Positions 40,905-50,184 of a DNA stretch of 64,000 bases are shown piece after piece. The DNA is from an uncultured Actinomycetota bacterium. GTDB lineage: Bacteria; Actinomycetota; Actinomycetes; Actinomycetales; Microbacteriaceae. Below the pieces are notes generated by a model. That model had not been told where the DNA came from. It made no database searches and worked only from the letters and a program-made list of their open reading frames with translations. The stretch covers positions 110,916 through 174,915 of the forward strand of contig CAVTXB010000004.1 of NCBI GenBank assembly GCA_963738535.1. Reading direction: 5' to 3'. Within the stretch, counting starts at the first letter, position 1, and the number at the start of each line of letters is the position of its first letter. The position numbers and the translations under genes were made by a program.

Positions 40905-40933
40905 ATGAGCTCGCCGCGGCTTATAATTCCCGC

Positions 40934-41275
40934 ATGGAGGCCACACCATCGACGCCCCGCGCCGCACCCGATGCGGGCGCCGAGCCACGCTGCAGTCGCG
41001 CGGTACTCAAGCTGGTCGCCGACTACTGGGTGCTGCGAATCGTCGAGGAGCTGTCACTGGCGCCCGACGGCGTGCGTTTCTCGAGCCTGCAACGATCGCT
41101 GGGCGGGGCCAGCCCGGCCACGCTGACGAACCGCCTGCGCACGCTCACGAGCGAGCAGCTGCTCATCCGCGAAGTCGGATGCGACCGTCAGGCGATCATC
41201 TATCGACTCAGCGAGCGCGGGCGACGTCTTGTTCCCGTGCTGTCGTCCATCCAGGAGTTCGCTGCCGAGGGGTAA
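40934..41275 (+). CDS. HxlR/DUF24 winged-helix regulator
   Basis: N-terminal Cys, WVLRIV, RFSSL, LTNRLRTL and YRLSERG motifs. Confidence 0.85.
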   Translation: MEATPSTPRAAPDAGAEPRCSRAVLKLVADYWVLRIVEELSLAPDGVRFSSLQRSLGGASPATLTNRLRTLTSEQLLIREVGCDRQAIIYRLSERGRRLVPVLSSIQEFAAEG

Positions 41276-41319
41276 CGAGGGACGGCGCCTCCACCACTAG
41301 GCGACGCCGCCCCCCGGTC

Positions 41320-42618
41320 TCAAACGAGGATCGAGATCGGATTCTCGATCCTGCGGGTGAACGCGGCGAGCCACTGGGCGGCCAGTGCTCCATCCACAGC
41401 CCGGTGGTCCACCGAAAGTGTGCATCGCATGACGGTCGCCACGGCCACCGTGCCATCGATCACAACCGGCTGCGGCGTCGCGGCCCCAACAGCGAGAATG
41501 CCCGACTGCGGCGGGTTGAGGATCGCCGAGAACTCCGTCGTGCCGTACATCCCCAGGTTGGTCACCGAGAAGCTGCCGCCCTCGAGCTCGTCCTGCCGGA
41601 GCCGACCGGCACGAGCCCGCCCAGCGAGCTCGGCGACGGTCGCCGAGATCCCGCTCAGGGTCAGCCGTTCGACACCCCGAACGACCGGTGTCAGCAGCCC
41701 GCCGTCGGTCGCGACGGCCACGGCGATGTCGACGGAATCCCACAGGCGCAGGTGCGTGTCGGTCCAGGTGACGTTGGCGCTCGGCACATCGGCGAACGCG
41801 GCGGCGACCGCTTTGATCACGAAATCGTTGACCGAGATCTTGACCGGCGCACTCTCGTTGATCTTCGCCCGCAGGGCGAGCAGCTCGTCGACCCGGCAGT
41901 CGGTCGTGACATAGAAGTGCGGAACGGTCGACTTGCTCTCCGTCAGGCGACGCGCGATGGCCTTCCGCATGCCGGTGTGCGGGATGGCCGTGTAGCCGGC
42001 CCCACTCCCGGTCGTCGGATCGGCGGCGTGCGCGGGGGCCGGGCTCGAGCTGGTCGGGGCGGCGGCAATGGCGGCCTCCACATCCATGCGCACGATGCGG
42101 CCGCCGGGTCCGGACCCGGTGAGCGTGGAAAGGTCGACCCCGTTGTCCCGCGCGCGGACCCGGGCGATGGGGCTGACGAAGAGGCGGGACGGGTGAGCGG
42201 ACGCCTCGGCAGGCTCGGCGACCGGTGCAGGCTCGGCAACCGGGGCTGGCTCGGCGACCGGGGCAGGATCTGTGCCCGCAGCGGCCTCGGCGACCGGGGT
42301 GGGCTCCGGCAGCGACACCGCCTGCGGCTCGCCCGCGGCGATGGTGCCGAGGGCGGCATCGATGTCGGCGTCGGTCTCGCCCTTCGAGATGAGCACCGCG
42401 ATCGGGGCGCCGACCTCGGTGGACTGGCCGGGCTGGGCGATGATGCGGCCCAGGATGCCGTCGTGTTCGGCCGGCAGGTCGACGAGCGCTTTCTCGGTCT
42501 CGACCTCCGCGAGGGTATCCCCGGTCGAGAACGCCGAGCCCTCGGCGACCGTCCAGGCGGAGACCACGGCCTCGGTCGCGTTGGCCAGCACCTCGGGCAT
42601 TCTCAGGATGGTCGCCAT
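41320..42618 (-). CDS. Dihydrolipoamide acyltransferase (E2)
   Basis: EVETEKA lipoyl site, GSGPGGRI binding domain, DHRAVDG active site. Confidence 0.92.
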   Translation of the reverse strand: MATILRMPEVLANATEAVVSAWTVAEGSAFSTGDTLAEVETEKALVDLPAEHDGILGRIIAQPGQSTEVGAPIAVLISKGETDADIDAALGTIAAGEPQAVSLPEPTPVAEAAAGTDPAPVAEPAPVAEPAPVAEPAEASAHPSRLFVSPIARVRARDNGVDLSTLTGSGPGGRIVRMDVEAAIAAAPTSSSPAPAHAADPTTGSGAGYTAIPHTGMRKAIARRLTESKSTVPHFYVTTDCRVDELLALRAKINESAPVKISVNDFVIKAVAAAFADVPSANVTWTDTHLRLWDSVDIAVAVATDGGLLTPVVRGVERLTLSGISATVAELAGRARAGRLRQDELEGGSFSVTNLGMYGTTEFSAILNPPQSGILAVGAATPQPVVIDGTVAVATVMRCTLSVDHRAVDGALAAQWLAAFTRRIENPISILV

Positions 42619-42619
42619 G

Positions 42620-44815
42620 TCAGCGCGAGCCTCCGCGCGACGCGAGCACGAGTTCGAGGCCGGCGACGACCTCTTCGGTCTTCGCAATCGCGGCACGCTC
42701 GAGGATGCGCGAGATGCTCGGGCTGGCCTCGCCGCCCGTGACGCGCTGCACCGGCTGGTCGAGCCAGTCGAAGTAGCGGCGGTGAATCTCGTCGGCGAGC
42801 CAGCCGCCGTACGACGTTCCCCGCGCACCCTGCTCCACGAGCAGCACGTTGTTCGTCTTGCGCACCGATTCGCCGATCGTGTCCCAGTCGATGGATGCGC
42901 GGTCGAGCCAGCGCAGGTCGACCAGGTCGGCGTCGGCGCCGACTCGCTCGATGGCCTCGAGCGAATGCTTGACCATCGACAGGTAGCTGATCACCGTGAC
43001 ATCGTTTCCCTCGCGACGCAGCGCCGCCTTTCCGAGGGGGATGAAGTAGTCGAGGTCGCCGGCCGGGACGTCGTTCATGTCCTGGTACAGGTCGACGTGC
43101 TCGATGACCAGCACCGGATCCTGAAGTGCGAGCGCCGAGTTCATGAGGCCGATGTAGTCGGCCGCGCACGATGGTGCAGCGATGCGCCAGCCCGCGCTCG
43201 TCGCGAAGATGCCGGCGGGATCCATGAGGTGCTGCGAACCGTAGCCCGACCCCATCGCGACCTTGGTGCGCAACACCAGGGGCACCGGGTTCTCGCCGCC
43301 GAACATGTGGCGCGCCTTGCCGATCTGGTTGAAGACCTGGTCGGCGGCGACCCACATGAAGTCGGGGTACATGAACTCCACCACGGGGCGGAACCGACCA
43401 TCCAGGGCCATCCCGCCGCCGAGGCCGGCGAAGGCGTTCTCGCTGATGGGCGTGCCGAGGATGCGGTTCTGTCCGTCGAACTTCCTGGCCAATCCCTTGG
43501 TCGCGCCGTTGGTGCCGCCATTGAGCTTGTGCACGTCTTCGCCGAGCACGATGATGCGGTCGTCCTCGGTCATCCGCCGGTCCATCACCGACGCGACGGC
43601 GTCCACGAACTTGACGCTGTCGGTCGCGCCGCCGAAGGTGGAGGGTTCGAGCGTGCGAACGCCGTCGAGCTCGCTCCCGTCGCCGCGCACCCCCACGTTG
43701 ACGAAGTCGATGTCGGGCCACAGGTCGGGCTTGATGCGCCGTTTGCCTCGATTATCGGGGTCGGCCTCGATGAGTTCGGCCACGGCGTCGGCCATTGCGG
43801 ACTGGGCGCGCTCGCGCACCTGCGCGACTCCGGCCGCGTCGATCCTGCCGAGGGCGATCATCTCTTTCGCAACGCGATCGAGCGGATCGCGCGCACGCCA
43901 CGCGGCCTCCTCCTCCTTGGTGCGGTACCCGAAGGCGCTCCCCGGGTACGGGCCGTTCTGGTGGAAGAAGCGGTAGACCTCGACCTCGATGACGGACGGG
44001 CCGCCACCGCTGCGCATGATCGCTTCCGCCTCTTTCATTGCCAGGTGCACGGCGAGCGGATCCATGCCGTCGACCCGCCAGGCGGGGATGTCGAATCCGA
44101 GCCCGCGAGCCGACAGCCGTGGTTCGCCCGTCGCCTCGAACACGTTGGTCGACACCGCGTAGAGGTTGTTCTCGATGAAGAAGGTGAGCGGCAGTTTCCA
44201 GGCCGACGCGAGGTTCATCGTCTCGAGAACCGAGCCGATGTTCGTGGCCCCGTCGCCGAAGTACGAGACGGTGATGTCGCTCGTCCCCGCGTGCTTCTGC
44301 GACCACGAATTGCCCGCGGCGAGAGGCACCCCTCCGCCGACGATGGCGTTGGTGCCGAGGGCGCCGGCCTCGAACCACTGCAGGTGCATCGAGCCGCCGC
44401 GTCCGCGACAGTAGCCCTGGGCGAGCCCGAGGATCTCGGCGAGGGTGCGCTGCAGCACGGTCTGGATTTCGGGCGAGACCAGGTTGGCGGGGTCGATGAC
44501 CCCGCCGGACACGTGGCCCAGCGCCTTGGCAAGAAACTGGTGGTGGCCGCGGTGGGAGCCGTTGATCGCGTCGGTCGACGTAAGGCCGACGATCGAACCG
44601 ACGGCGCCGCCCTCCTGTCCGATGCTGGAGTGCGCAGGACCGTGAACGAGTCCCTCGCCGGCCAGCTCGAGCACGGTCTCCTCGAACGCTCGGATGAGGT
44701 GCAGCTGGCTGAGGATGGTGCCGAGCAGCGCGGGGTCCGCGGCCTTCCAGTCGGCTGCCGTCGTCGACAGCTCCACCCACGGCGAACCCGGCTCGAGGCG
44801 TCGTCTCTTGGGCAT
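42620..44815 (-). CDS. ThDP-dependent 2-oxoacid/acetoin dehydrogenase-like E1, alpha-beta fusion
   Basis: GDG...ENN ThDP motif in the N-half; GEDV, TPISE and GSQH in the C-half; one continuous ORF. Confidence 0.9.
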   Translation of the reverse strand: MPKRRRLEPGSPWVELSTTAADWKAADPALLGTILSQLHLIRAFEETVLELAGEGLVHGPAHSSIGQEGGAVGSIVGLTSTDAINGSHRGHHQFLAKALGHVSGGVIDPANLVSPEIQTVLQRTLAEILGLAQGYCRGRGGSMHLQWFEAGALGTNAIVGGGVPLAAGNSWSQKHAGTSDITVSYFGDGATNIGSVLETMNLASAWKLPLTFFIENNLYAVSTNVFEATGEPRLSARGLGFDIPAWRVDGMDPLAVHLAMKEAEAIMRSGGGPSVIEVEVYRFFHQNGPYPGSAFGYRTKEEEAAWRARDPLDRVAKEMIALGRIDAAGVAQVRERAQSAMADAVAELIEADPDNRGKRRIKPDLWPDIDFVNVGVRGDGSELDGVRTLEPSTFGGATDSVKFVDAVASVMDRRMTEDDRIIVLGEDVHKLNGGTNGATKGLARKFDGQNRILGTPISENAFAGLGGGMALDGRFRPVVEFMYPDFMWVAADQVFNQIGKARHMFGGENPVPLVLRTKVAMGSGYGSQHLMDPAGIFATSAGWRIAAPSCAADYIGLMNSALALQDPVLVIEHVDLYQDMNDVPAGDLDYFIPLGKAALRREGNDVTVISYLSMVKHSLEAIERVGADADLVDLRWLDRASIDWDTIGESVRKTNNVLLVEQGARGTSYGGWLADEIHRRYFDWLDQPVQRVTGGEASPSISRILERAAIAKTEEVVAGLELVLASRGGSR

Positions 44816-44896
44816 CTGCACGGTCTCCATTGGTCTTGCACGCCTGGTCTTGCACGCCAGCGGGAGCTGACTTCGCGTGACCCGATGTTATCCCTG

Positions 44897-44970
44897 ATTG
44901 AATCCAATACCAACCTAAGTTGGGAGATTTTTCGAGAAAAGTTGCGCAATTGCCGTATCTTTGTATCCAA
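44897..44970. promoter_or_regulatory. Putative GntR/FCD operators ATTGAATCCAAT and TTGTATCCAA
   Basis: Two near-palindromes (44897-44908, 44961-44970) in the divergent E1/VOC-GntR promoter. Confidence 0.55.
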
Positions 44971-45011
44971 TCTGACGAAAAGCGCTCAGGATTCGGACAA
45001 AGGAGTTACGA

Positions 45012-45551
45012 ATGACCATCGGTCTACCCGGCCTGCGCGGTACCGACCACGTCGGCTTCACCGTGCCGAATCTCGAGCAGGCACACGACTTCTTCGTGAA
45101 CGTGATCGGCTGCGAATACGTCTACACACTCGGACCCTTCGACCACCCCGACGAGGGCGACGACTGGATGCTCGAACACCTGGGCGTGCATCCGCGCACC
45201 GTCATGCGCGAACTGCGGTTCTACCGCTGCCGGTTCGGCCCTAACTTCGAGATCTTCGAATACGAGCCCGCGGAGGGCGCAGCACCGGAGCCGCGCAACA
45301 GCGACACCGGCGGTCATCACCTCGCCTTCTACGTCGACGACCTGGACGCCGCGGTCGAGTACCTCAGAGAGAAGAACGTCGAGGTGATGGGCGATCCCAC
45401 GGTGAGTTCGAGCCACAGCACCGGCCAGCGCTGGGTGTACTTTCGCAGCCCGTGGGGCATGCAGTTCGAACTCGTGAGCTTCCCCGGCGGCAAGGCGTAC
45501 GAGGCCGAGGCGACGGTTAAACTGTGGCATCCGGCGCATCCCGCCGAGTGA
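45012..45551 (+). CDS. VOC family protein (CetB/cyclitol epimerase-like)
   Basis: DHVGFTVP, FEIFEY, RNSDTGGHHLAFYVDD and WVYFRSPWGMQFELVS motifs. Confidence 0.8.
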   Translation: MTIGLPGLRGTDHVGFTVPNLEQAHDFFVNVIGCEYVYTLGPFDHPDEGDDWMLEHLGVHPRTVMRELRFYRCRFGPNFEIFEYEPAEGAAPEPRNSDTGGHHLAFYVDDLDAAVEYLREKNVEVMGDPTVSSSHSTGQRWVYFRSPWGMQFELVSFPGGKAYEAEATVKLWHPAHPAE

Positions 45552-45568
45552 CCAGGAACGGACCTTCG

Positions 45569-46234
45569 ATGACCTCTGCGCCGAGTCGCGACGGCGACAC
45601 CGGGCAGCGCATCGCGACATCGCTTCGCGAGGCAATCCTCAGCGGCCTCTACGCGCCGGGTGCGCGGATTCGACAGGAAGACCTCGCCGAGGAGTTCGGC
45701 GCGAGCCGCCTGCCGGTGCGTGAAGCGCTGCGCATCCTGGAATCGGACGGGCTCGTCACCCTCGTCGCCAACACGGGCGCCTGGGTCGCACACCTCAGCC
45801 TCGACGAGTGCCAGGAGATGTACCAGATCCGCGAGCGAATCGAGCCGCTGCTGCTGAGCTACAGCCTTCCGGGGCTCGACGCGGAGACGCTCGCCCGTCT
45901 CGCGAGTCTCGCCGACGAGATGCAGGCCGGAGGCGATCTCGAGACGTTCCTGCACCTCGACCGCGAGTTCCACCTGCTGTCGTACAGCGGCGCGACGACC
46001 ACGATCCTCGGGGACACCGTCCAGCGGCTCTGGAATTCCACCCAGCACTACCGCCGCGCCTTCACGATGCTGGCCGGGCCGGAGGGCAACCGTGCCGTGC
46101 ACTACGAGCACCAGCTGCTGGTCGGAGCCCTCCGGCGAGGCGACTCGGTCGACGCGGAGCGAGTGCTCGGTGGCCACATCCGCCGAACCCGCCTGGAACT
46201 GCTGAACCACCCGGACATCTTCGCCCAGGACTGA
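45569..46234 (+). CDS. GntR (FCD) family transcriptional regulator
   Basis: LREAILSG..PG.RI..LAEEFGASRLPVREAL HTH; DREFH and EH motifs. Confidence 0.92.
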   Translation: MTSAPSRDGDTGQRIATSLREAILSGLYAPGARIRQEDLAEEFGASRLPVREALRILESDGLVTLVANTGAWVAHLSLDECQEMYQIRERIEPLLLSYSLPGLDAETLARLASLADEMQAGGDLETFLHLDREFHLLSYSGATTTILGDTVQRLWNSTQHYRRAFTMLAGPEGNRAVHYEHQLLVGALRRGDSVDAERVLGGHIRRTRLELLNHPDIFAQD

Positions 46235-46245
46235 GGTGGCCTCGG

Positions 46246-47445
46246 TCAGCCCAGCAGCTCGTCCCGCACGAACTCGAGTTCACGGGTGACGTAGTCGACG
46301 ATGTCGCCCGTCTTCAGGTGTTCCGGCAGCACATCCCAGGTGTAGGTCTCGATCTCGAGGTGATCCGAGAGCGGCGTCTCGCGGTGCATCCGCAGGGCGT
46401 CCTGCACGGCGAAGCGCGTCGTAACGAACGGGCCGAGTTCCTCGAGGAAGACGGGCACGTGGAAGTGGGTGCGAATCTCGGCGGGTCGAGGATCGTTCTC
46501 GAAGTCGTCGAGAGCCTCGCCGAGATTGAGATACCGGGTGACCTCGTCCCCGCGCCGCATCGTGGTCTGGCTGAGGTAGATGGTGTCGGTGAAAACCCGA
46601 AGCTGGGGAACCAGTTCGAGCGTCAGGTCTTTCACCCAGAGGGCCGCGGCCTCCTGCAGTTTGAAGATCGGGATGCCCGCATCGACGAGCTTGCCGAGCG
46701 AGGCCGGGATGTCTTCGAACCCGACCGACTGGTGGCCGATATCGAAGACCACGCCGAGGTGCCGCCGCACCAGGCCCTCGGCCTCCGACATCGGAACCCC
46801 GGCGAGAGCCGCGAGTTCGGCGATGCCACGGCGGGCGAAAACTCTTTCGGTGAAGTAGGCGACGGTCTCGTCGGTCGTCTCCAGGTAGCAGGCCGGCTCC
46901 GGCTCGAGAGCGAGCTTCACGCGGTGGCCGGTGCGTGCCTCGAGGTCGATGAGGTGGGCCACGACCCGAAACAGATTCGTGGTGAAAAGGTCGACGTAGG
47001 AGTCATCCGTCACCTTCGGTTTGAATGCGAGCGGGGCGGTCTGGATGCTCGGACTGAGAGTGACGGGCGTGATGTCGGCAAGGATGTCGGCGACCGAGTT
47101 GGTGTAGTCGACCCTGGCGTCGGTGGTCCAGTCGGGCTCGTAGACGCGCTCCATGACGGTGCCGCCCTTGAACGGGCCGTAGGGGAACGCGTTGACGGTG
47201 TAGACGTACATGTCGTTCGCGAGCAGGAAGGCGCGCAGGTCGTCGAGCTCCGACGGCGTCGTGGTGAGCGTCTGCGCGGAATCGGCCGAGATCCGAAGCG
47301 AGACGCCGAACGGCGAGTCCGGCGATACCCGCGCCTTCACCTGGGGCAGGAAGGTCTCGACGCTGGCACGCATCTCGGCCCAGGTGTCGCCGGCATGCAC
47401 GAGGGTCGAGTAGGAGAGATGCCCGAGGGTGTTGCCGAGGTCCAT
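46246..47445 (-). CDS. eboE: EboE-family TIM-barrel (xylose isomerase-like) protein
   Basis: YTVNAFPYGPF, VYEPDW, LEPEP, FDIGH, HFHVPVF and HLEIETYTWDVLP signature. Confidence 0.82.
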   Translation of the reverse strand: MDLGNTLGHLSYSTLVHAGDTWAEMRASVETFLPQVKARVSPDSPFGVSLRISADSAQTLTTTPSELDDLRAFLLANDMYVYTVNAFPYGPFKGGTVMERVYEPDWTTDARVDYTNSVADILADITPVTLSPSIQTAPLAFKPKVTDDSYVDLFTTNLFRVVAHLIDLEARTGHRVKLALEPEPACYLETTDETVAYFTERVFARRGIAELAALAGVPMSEAEGLVRRHLGVVFDIGHQSVGFEDIPASLGKLVDAGIPIFKLQEAAALWVKDLTLELVPQLRVFTDTIYLSQTTMRRGDEVTRYLNLGEALDDFENDPRPAEIRTHFHVPVFLEELGPFVTTRFAVQDALRMHRETPLSDHLEIETYTWDVLPEHLKTGDIVDYVTRELEFVRDELLG

Positions 47446-47522
47446 TGCCTGTCCAGTCCGCCGACCACGTCGGCCACGCCATTGTGAATGAGTACAGGCA
47501 CCACTACAGCAATTGTTAACAG

Positions 47523-47541
47523 TGTTTAGTGTCTGTGAACA
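47523..47541. promoter_or_regulatory. Putative XRE-cupin operator TGTTTAG-N5-GTGAACA
   Basis: Upstream of eboE; resembles the sites at 55614, 55637 and 48323/48339. Confidence 0.5.
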
Positions 47542-47606
47542 TTCACGCTAGAACCGTGCGCGGGTGCTGTCAAGCCGAGCGGAACCAGGTCGCGGCGGGC
47601 TCGGCG

Positions 47607-48251
47607 CTAGTGCGTGCGCCCGTGCACGAACCACAGGCCCTCGAACGTGCCCGGGCCCGGGTTGCGCAAGACGTGCGGGATCGCCGAGTCGAAACCGAGC
47701 GACTCGCCCTCGTGCAGCAGGAAGACTTCCTCACCGATGGTGACCTCGAGCTCACCGTGCAGCACGTAGCCGTACTCGTAGCTGTCGTGGGTGGCCAGGT
47801 CTCCCCCTGCCGTGGAGGTCGCGCCGGGCGCGTAGACGATCTTCATGAAGTTCACCGCATGCTCGGGCGTCGCCGCGAGCCGCTCCCACACGACTCCGTC
47901 CGCCATCGTGAGGTGCGGACGGTGTGACGGATGCACGACCGACACCCGGTTGGAGTACTCCGACGGCTGCCAGGCGTTGTTGGGATTCATGCGCCCGGAC
48001 CCGTGCCACTCGTCTTGCGGCTCTCCGCCCGCCGGTGCCGCCGCCGTCGGCTCGCGGGCGTCGAACAGTTCGTCGACCGTCACGCCGAGCAGGCGCGAGA
48101 ACGAGTACAGCGTGGCGACCGAGGGCTGTGACTTGCCGTTCTCGATCTGCGAGATGAACGACGGGGAGACATCCGCCTGGCGCGCGAGTTCACGCAGCGT
48201 CAGGCCGGCCTTCAGCCTGACGTCCTTGAGTCGCTCGCCCAGATTGTCCAT
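47607..48251 (-). CDS. XRE-family HTH + cupin transcriptional regulator
   Basis: LTLRELARQADVSPSFISQIENGKSQPS HTH; EYGYVLHGEL..GESLGFDSAIPH cupin. Confidence 0.9.
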   Translation of the reverse strand: MDNLGERLKDVRLKAGLTLRELARQADVSPSFISQIENGKSQPSVATLYSFSRLLGVTVDELFDAREPTAAAPAGGEPQDEWHGSGRMNPNNAWQPSEYSNRVSVVHPSHRPHLTMADGVVWERLAATPEHAVNFMKIVYAPGATSTAGGDLATHDSYEYGYVLHGELEVTIGEEVFLLHEGESLGFDSAIPHVLRNPGPGTFEGLWFVHGRTH

Positions 48252-48322
48252 GAATTTCCCGATGTTCCGTTGTGTGTGGGTCGAGCGCACAATGCGGCGT
48301 CAAGTGAACAGCGCTGTTCCGT

Positions 48323-48357
48323 ACATTAGCGACACTGCACATTAGCGGCACTGCACA
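48323..48357. promoter_or_regulatory. Tandem 16-bp repeat ACATTAGCG(A/G)CACTGC (putative XRE autoregulatory sites)
   Basis: Copies at 48323-48338 and 48339-48354, each extending into a CTGCACA half-site; palindrome GAACAGCGCTGTTC at 48306-48319. Confidence 0.55.
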
Positions 48358-48555
48358 CGTTGGCCGAGTGGCGTTCGGATGTTGCTCAAATATACACAGC
48401 ACGGCCCATCCGGCGCGGGATTTAGCGAAATCGGCGCCCCGGCGCCGGCTCCGCGCCAATCGATAGCGTTAACTGTCAGAGAACAGTACAGTTGTCACGA
48501 AGCAGCAAGCGGCGGGCCCATCGAGCTGTCGCCGGACCATACAAAGGGGTGTGCA

Positions 48556-49071
48556 ATGTCCATTACCGGCGTCCATCACACGGGCATCATCGTGAAGAAC
48601 CTCGACCGGTCGATCTACTTCTACCACGATGTGCTCGGGCTCGAGTTCCAGAACGAGCCCAGCCCCTGGTTCGCGGGCGAAGGCCTCGAACGAGGTGTGG
48701 GCGTGCCCGGGGGCACCCTGCGCCAGGTCTGCCTGATGGCCGGCAACGACATCGTCGAACTGGTCGAATACGGCAACACCCCCGCCGACAGCGAGCCCGA
48801 ACCGCAGAACCGCGTGGGGGCGATGCACGTCGCACTGCGCGTCGACGACGCAGTCAAGACCAAGGCCGAACTCGAGGCCAAGGGAATCGTCTTCCTGTCC
48901 GACGTGAACACCGTCGACGACGGCGTGCTGGCCGGATGGCGCTGGGTGTACTTCCGGGACCCCGATGGAATCACCGTCGAACTGGTCGAGGTCGCCTACT
49001 TTCTCGCCGAGGAGCGCAAAAAGGGCATCGAGGCCTACCTGGCGAACCGCCCCGCGCTCTCCGCACTCTGA
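48556..49071 (+). CDS. VOC family protein
   Basis: HHTGIIV, VELVEY, MHVALRV and YFRDPDGITVEL (H/E/H/E metal set). Confidence 0.88.
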   Translation: MSITGVHHTGIIVKNLDRSIYFYHDVLGLEFQNEPSPWFAGEGLERGVGVPGGTLRQVCLMAGNDIVELVEYGNTPADSEPEPQNRVGAMHVALRVDDAVKTKAELEAKGIVFLSDVNTVDDGVLAGWRWVYFRDPDGITVELVEVAYFLAEERKKGIEAYLANRPALSAL

Positions 49072-49095
49072 CCATCCCAACCTGAGGAGAATCCC

Positions 49096-50172
49096 ATGGC
49101 ACCCATCACCGCACCGGGTCGCGCCCTCGTCGTCGGCGCCACCGGCATCGTCGGCCAGACCACGAGCCAGCACCTCGCAGCGGCAGGCTGGGAGACATTC
49201 GGTCTCTCCCGCAGCGGAGGTGCCATCCCCGGCGTGACGGCGGTCAAAGCCGACCTCGCCGACGCCGCCGCGCTCGCGAGCGCGCTCGACGGGGTCGCTC
49301 CCGAGCTCGTGGTCATCACGGCGTGGTCGCGCCAGGCCACGGAAGCCGAGAACATCGCCGTCAACGGCGCGGCGGTTCGAAACCTGCTCGCCGCGCTGAG
49401 CCCCCAGAAGTCGGTCCGGCACGTGGCCCTCATGACAGGACTCAAGCACTACCTCGGACCCTTCGAGGCCTACGCCCAGGGGGTGATGGCAGACACCCCT
49501 TTCCACGAAGAGGAGCCCCGCCAGTCGACCCCCAACTTCTACTACGCGCAGGAAGACGAACTGTTCGCGGCAGCGGAGCGCGACTCGTTCACCTGGAGTG
49601 TGCACCGCTCGCACACCGTCTTCGGTTTCGCCACGGGCAACGCCATGAACATGGTTCTGACGCTCTCGGCCTACGCGACCATCTGCAAAGAGCTCGGCAC
49701 ACCGTTCGTCTTCCCGGGTTCGGCAACCCAGTGGAACAGCGTGACGGATGTCACGGACGGCGACCTGCTTGCCGAGCAGATGATCTGGGCCGGTACGCAC
49801 GAGGCCGGCGCCAACCAGGCCTTCAACACCGCCAACGGCGACGTCTTCCGCTGGCGCTGGCTGTGGCCGCAGATCGCCGCGTACTTCGGCATCGAGTGGG
49901 AGGGCTTCGAGGGCCAGCCTCGCACCCTCGACGCGGCGATGGCCGACAGCGCCGACGTCTGGGCCGCCATCGCGGCGAAGTACGACCTGCGCGAGCCCGA
50001 CATCACCCGGGTGGCGTCATGGTGGCACAGTGACGCCGACCTCGGTCGCGACATGGAGGTGCTGACCGACATGAACAAGTCGCGCAAAGCCGGCTTCCTG
50101 GGGTCACGGGATACCCGCGACAGCTTCTTCCACTACGTGGAGAAATACCGCGAGGCCCGCATCCTGCCGTAG
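49096..50172 (+). CDS. PRISE-type SDR (progesterone 5-beta-reductase/iridoid synthase-like enone reductase)
   Basis: GATGIVG, GLSR, TGLKHYLGPF, NFYYAQED and NGDVFRW motifs. Confidence 0.85.
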   Translation: MAPITAPGRALVVGATGIVGQTTSQHLAAAGWETFGLSRSGGAIPGVTAVKADLADAAALASALDGVAPELVVITAWSRQATEAENIAVNGAAVRNLLAALSPQKSVRHVALMTGLKHYLGPFEAYAQGVMADTPFHEEEPRQSTPNFYYAQEDELFAAAERDSFTWSVHRSHTVFGFATGNAMNMVLTLSAYATICKELGTPFVFPGSATQWNSVTDVTDGDLLAEQMIWAGTHEAGANQAFNTANGDVFRWRWLWPQIAAYFGIEWEGFEGQPRTLDAAMADSADVWAAIAAKYDLREPDITRVASWWHSDADLGRDMEVLTDMNKSRKAGFLGSRDTRDSFFHYVEKYREARILP

Positions 50173-50184
50173 CCGGGGTGGAGG

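Noticed and set aside
42190-42310. PVAEPA repeats in E2
   Set aside because: Ordinary Ala/Pro-rich linker of E2 subunits
42272-45244. 990-aa plus-strand ORF, and similar long ORFs at 53399..55636, 56622..59234 and 61587..63365
   Set aside because: Antisense shadows of well-supported minus-strand genes in high-GC DNA; no recognisable motifs
45012-50172. Aminocyclitol or ebo biosynthetic gene cluster
   Set aside because: No sugar-phosphate cyclase, aminotransferase, prenyltransferase or exporter in the island; the importer and dehydrogenases point to catabolism
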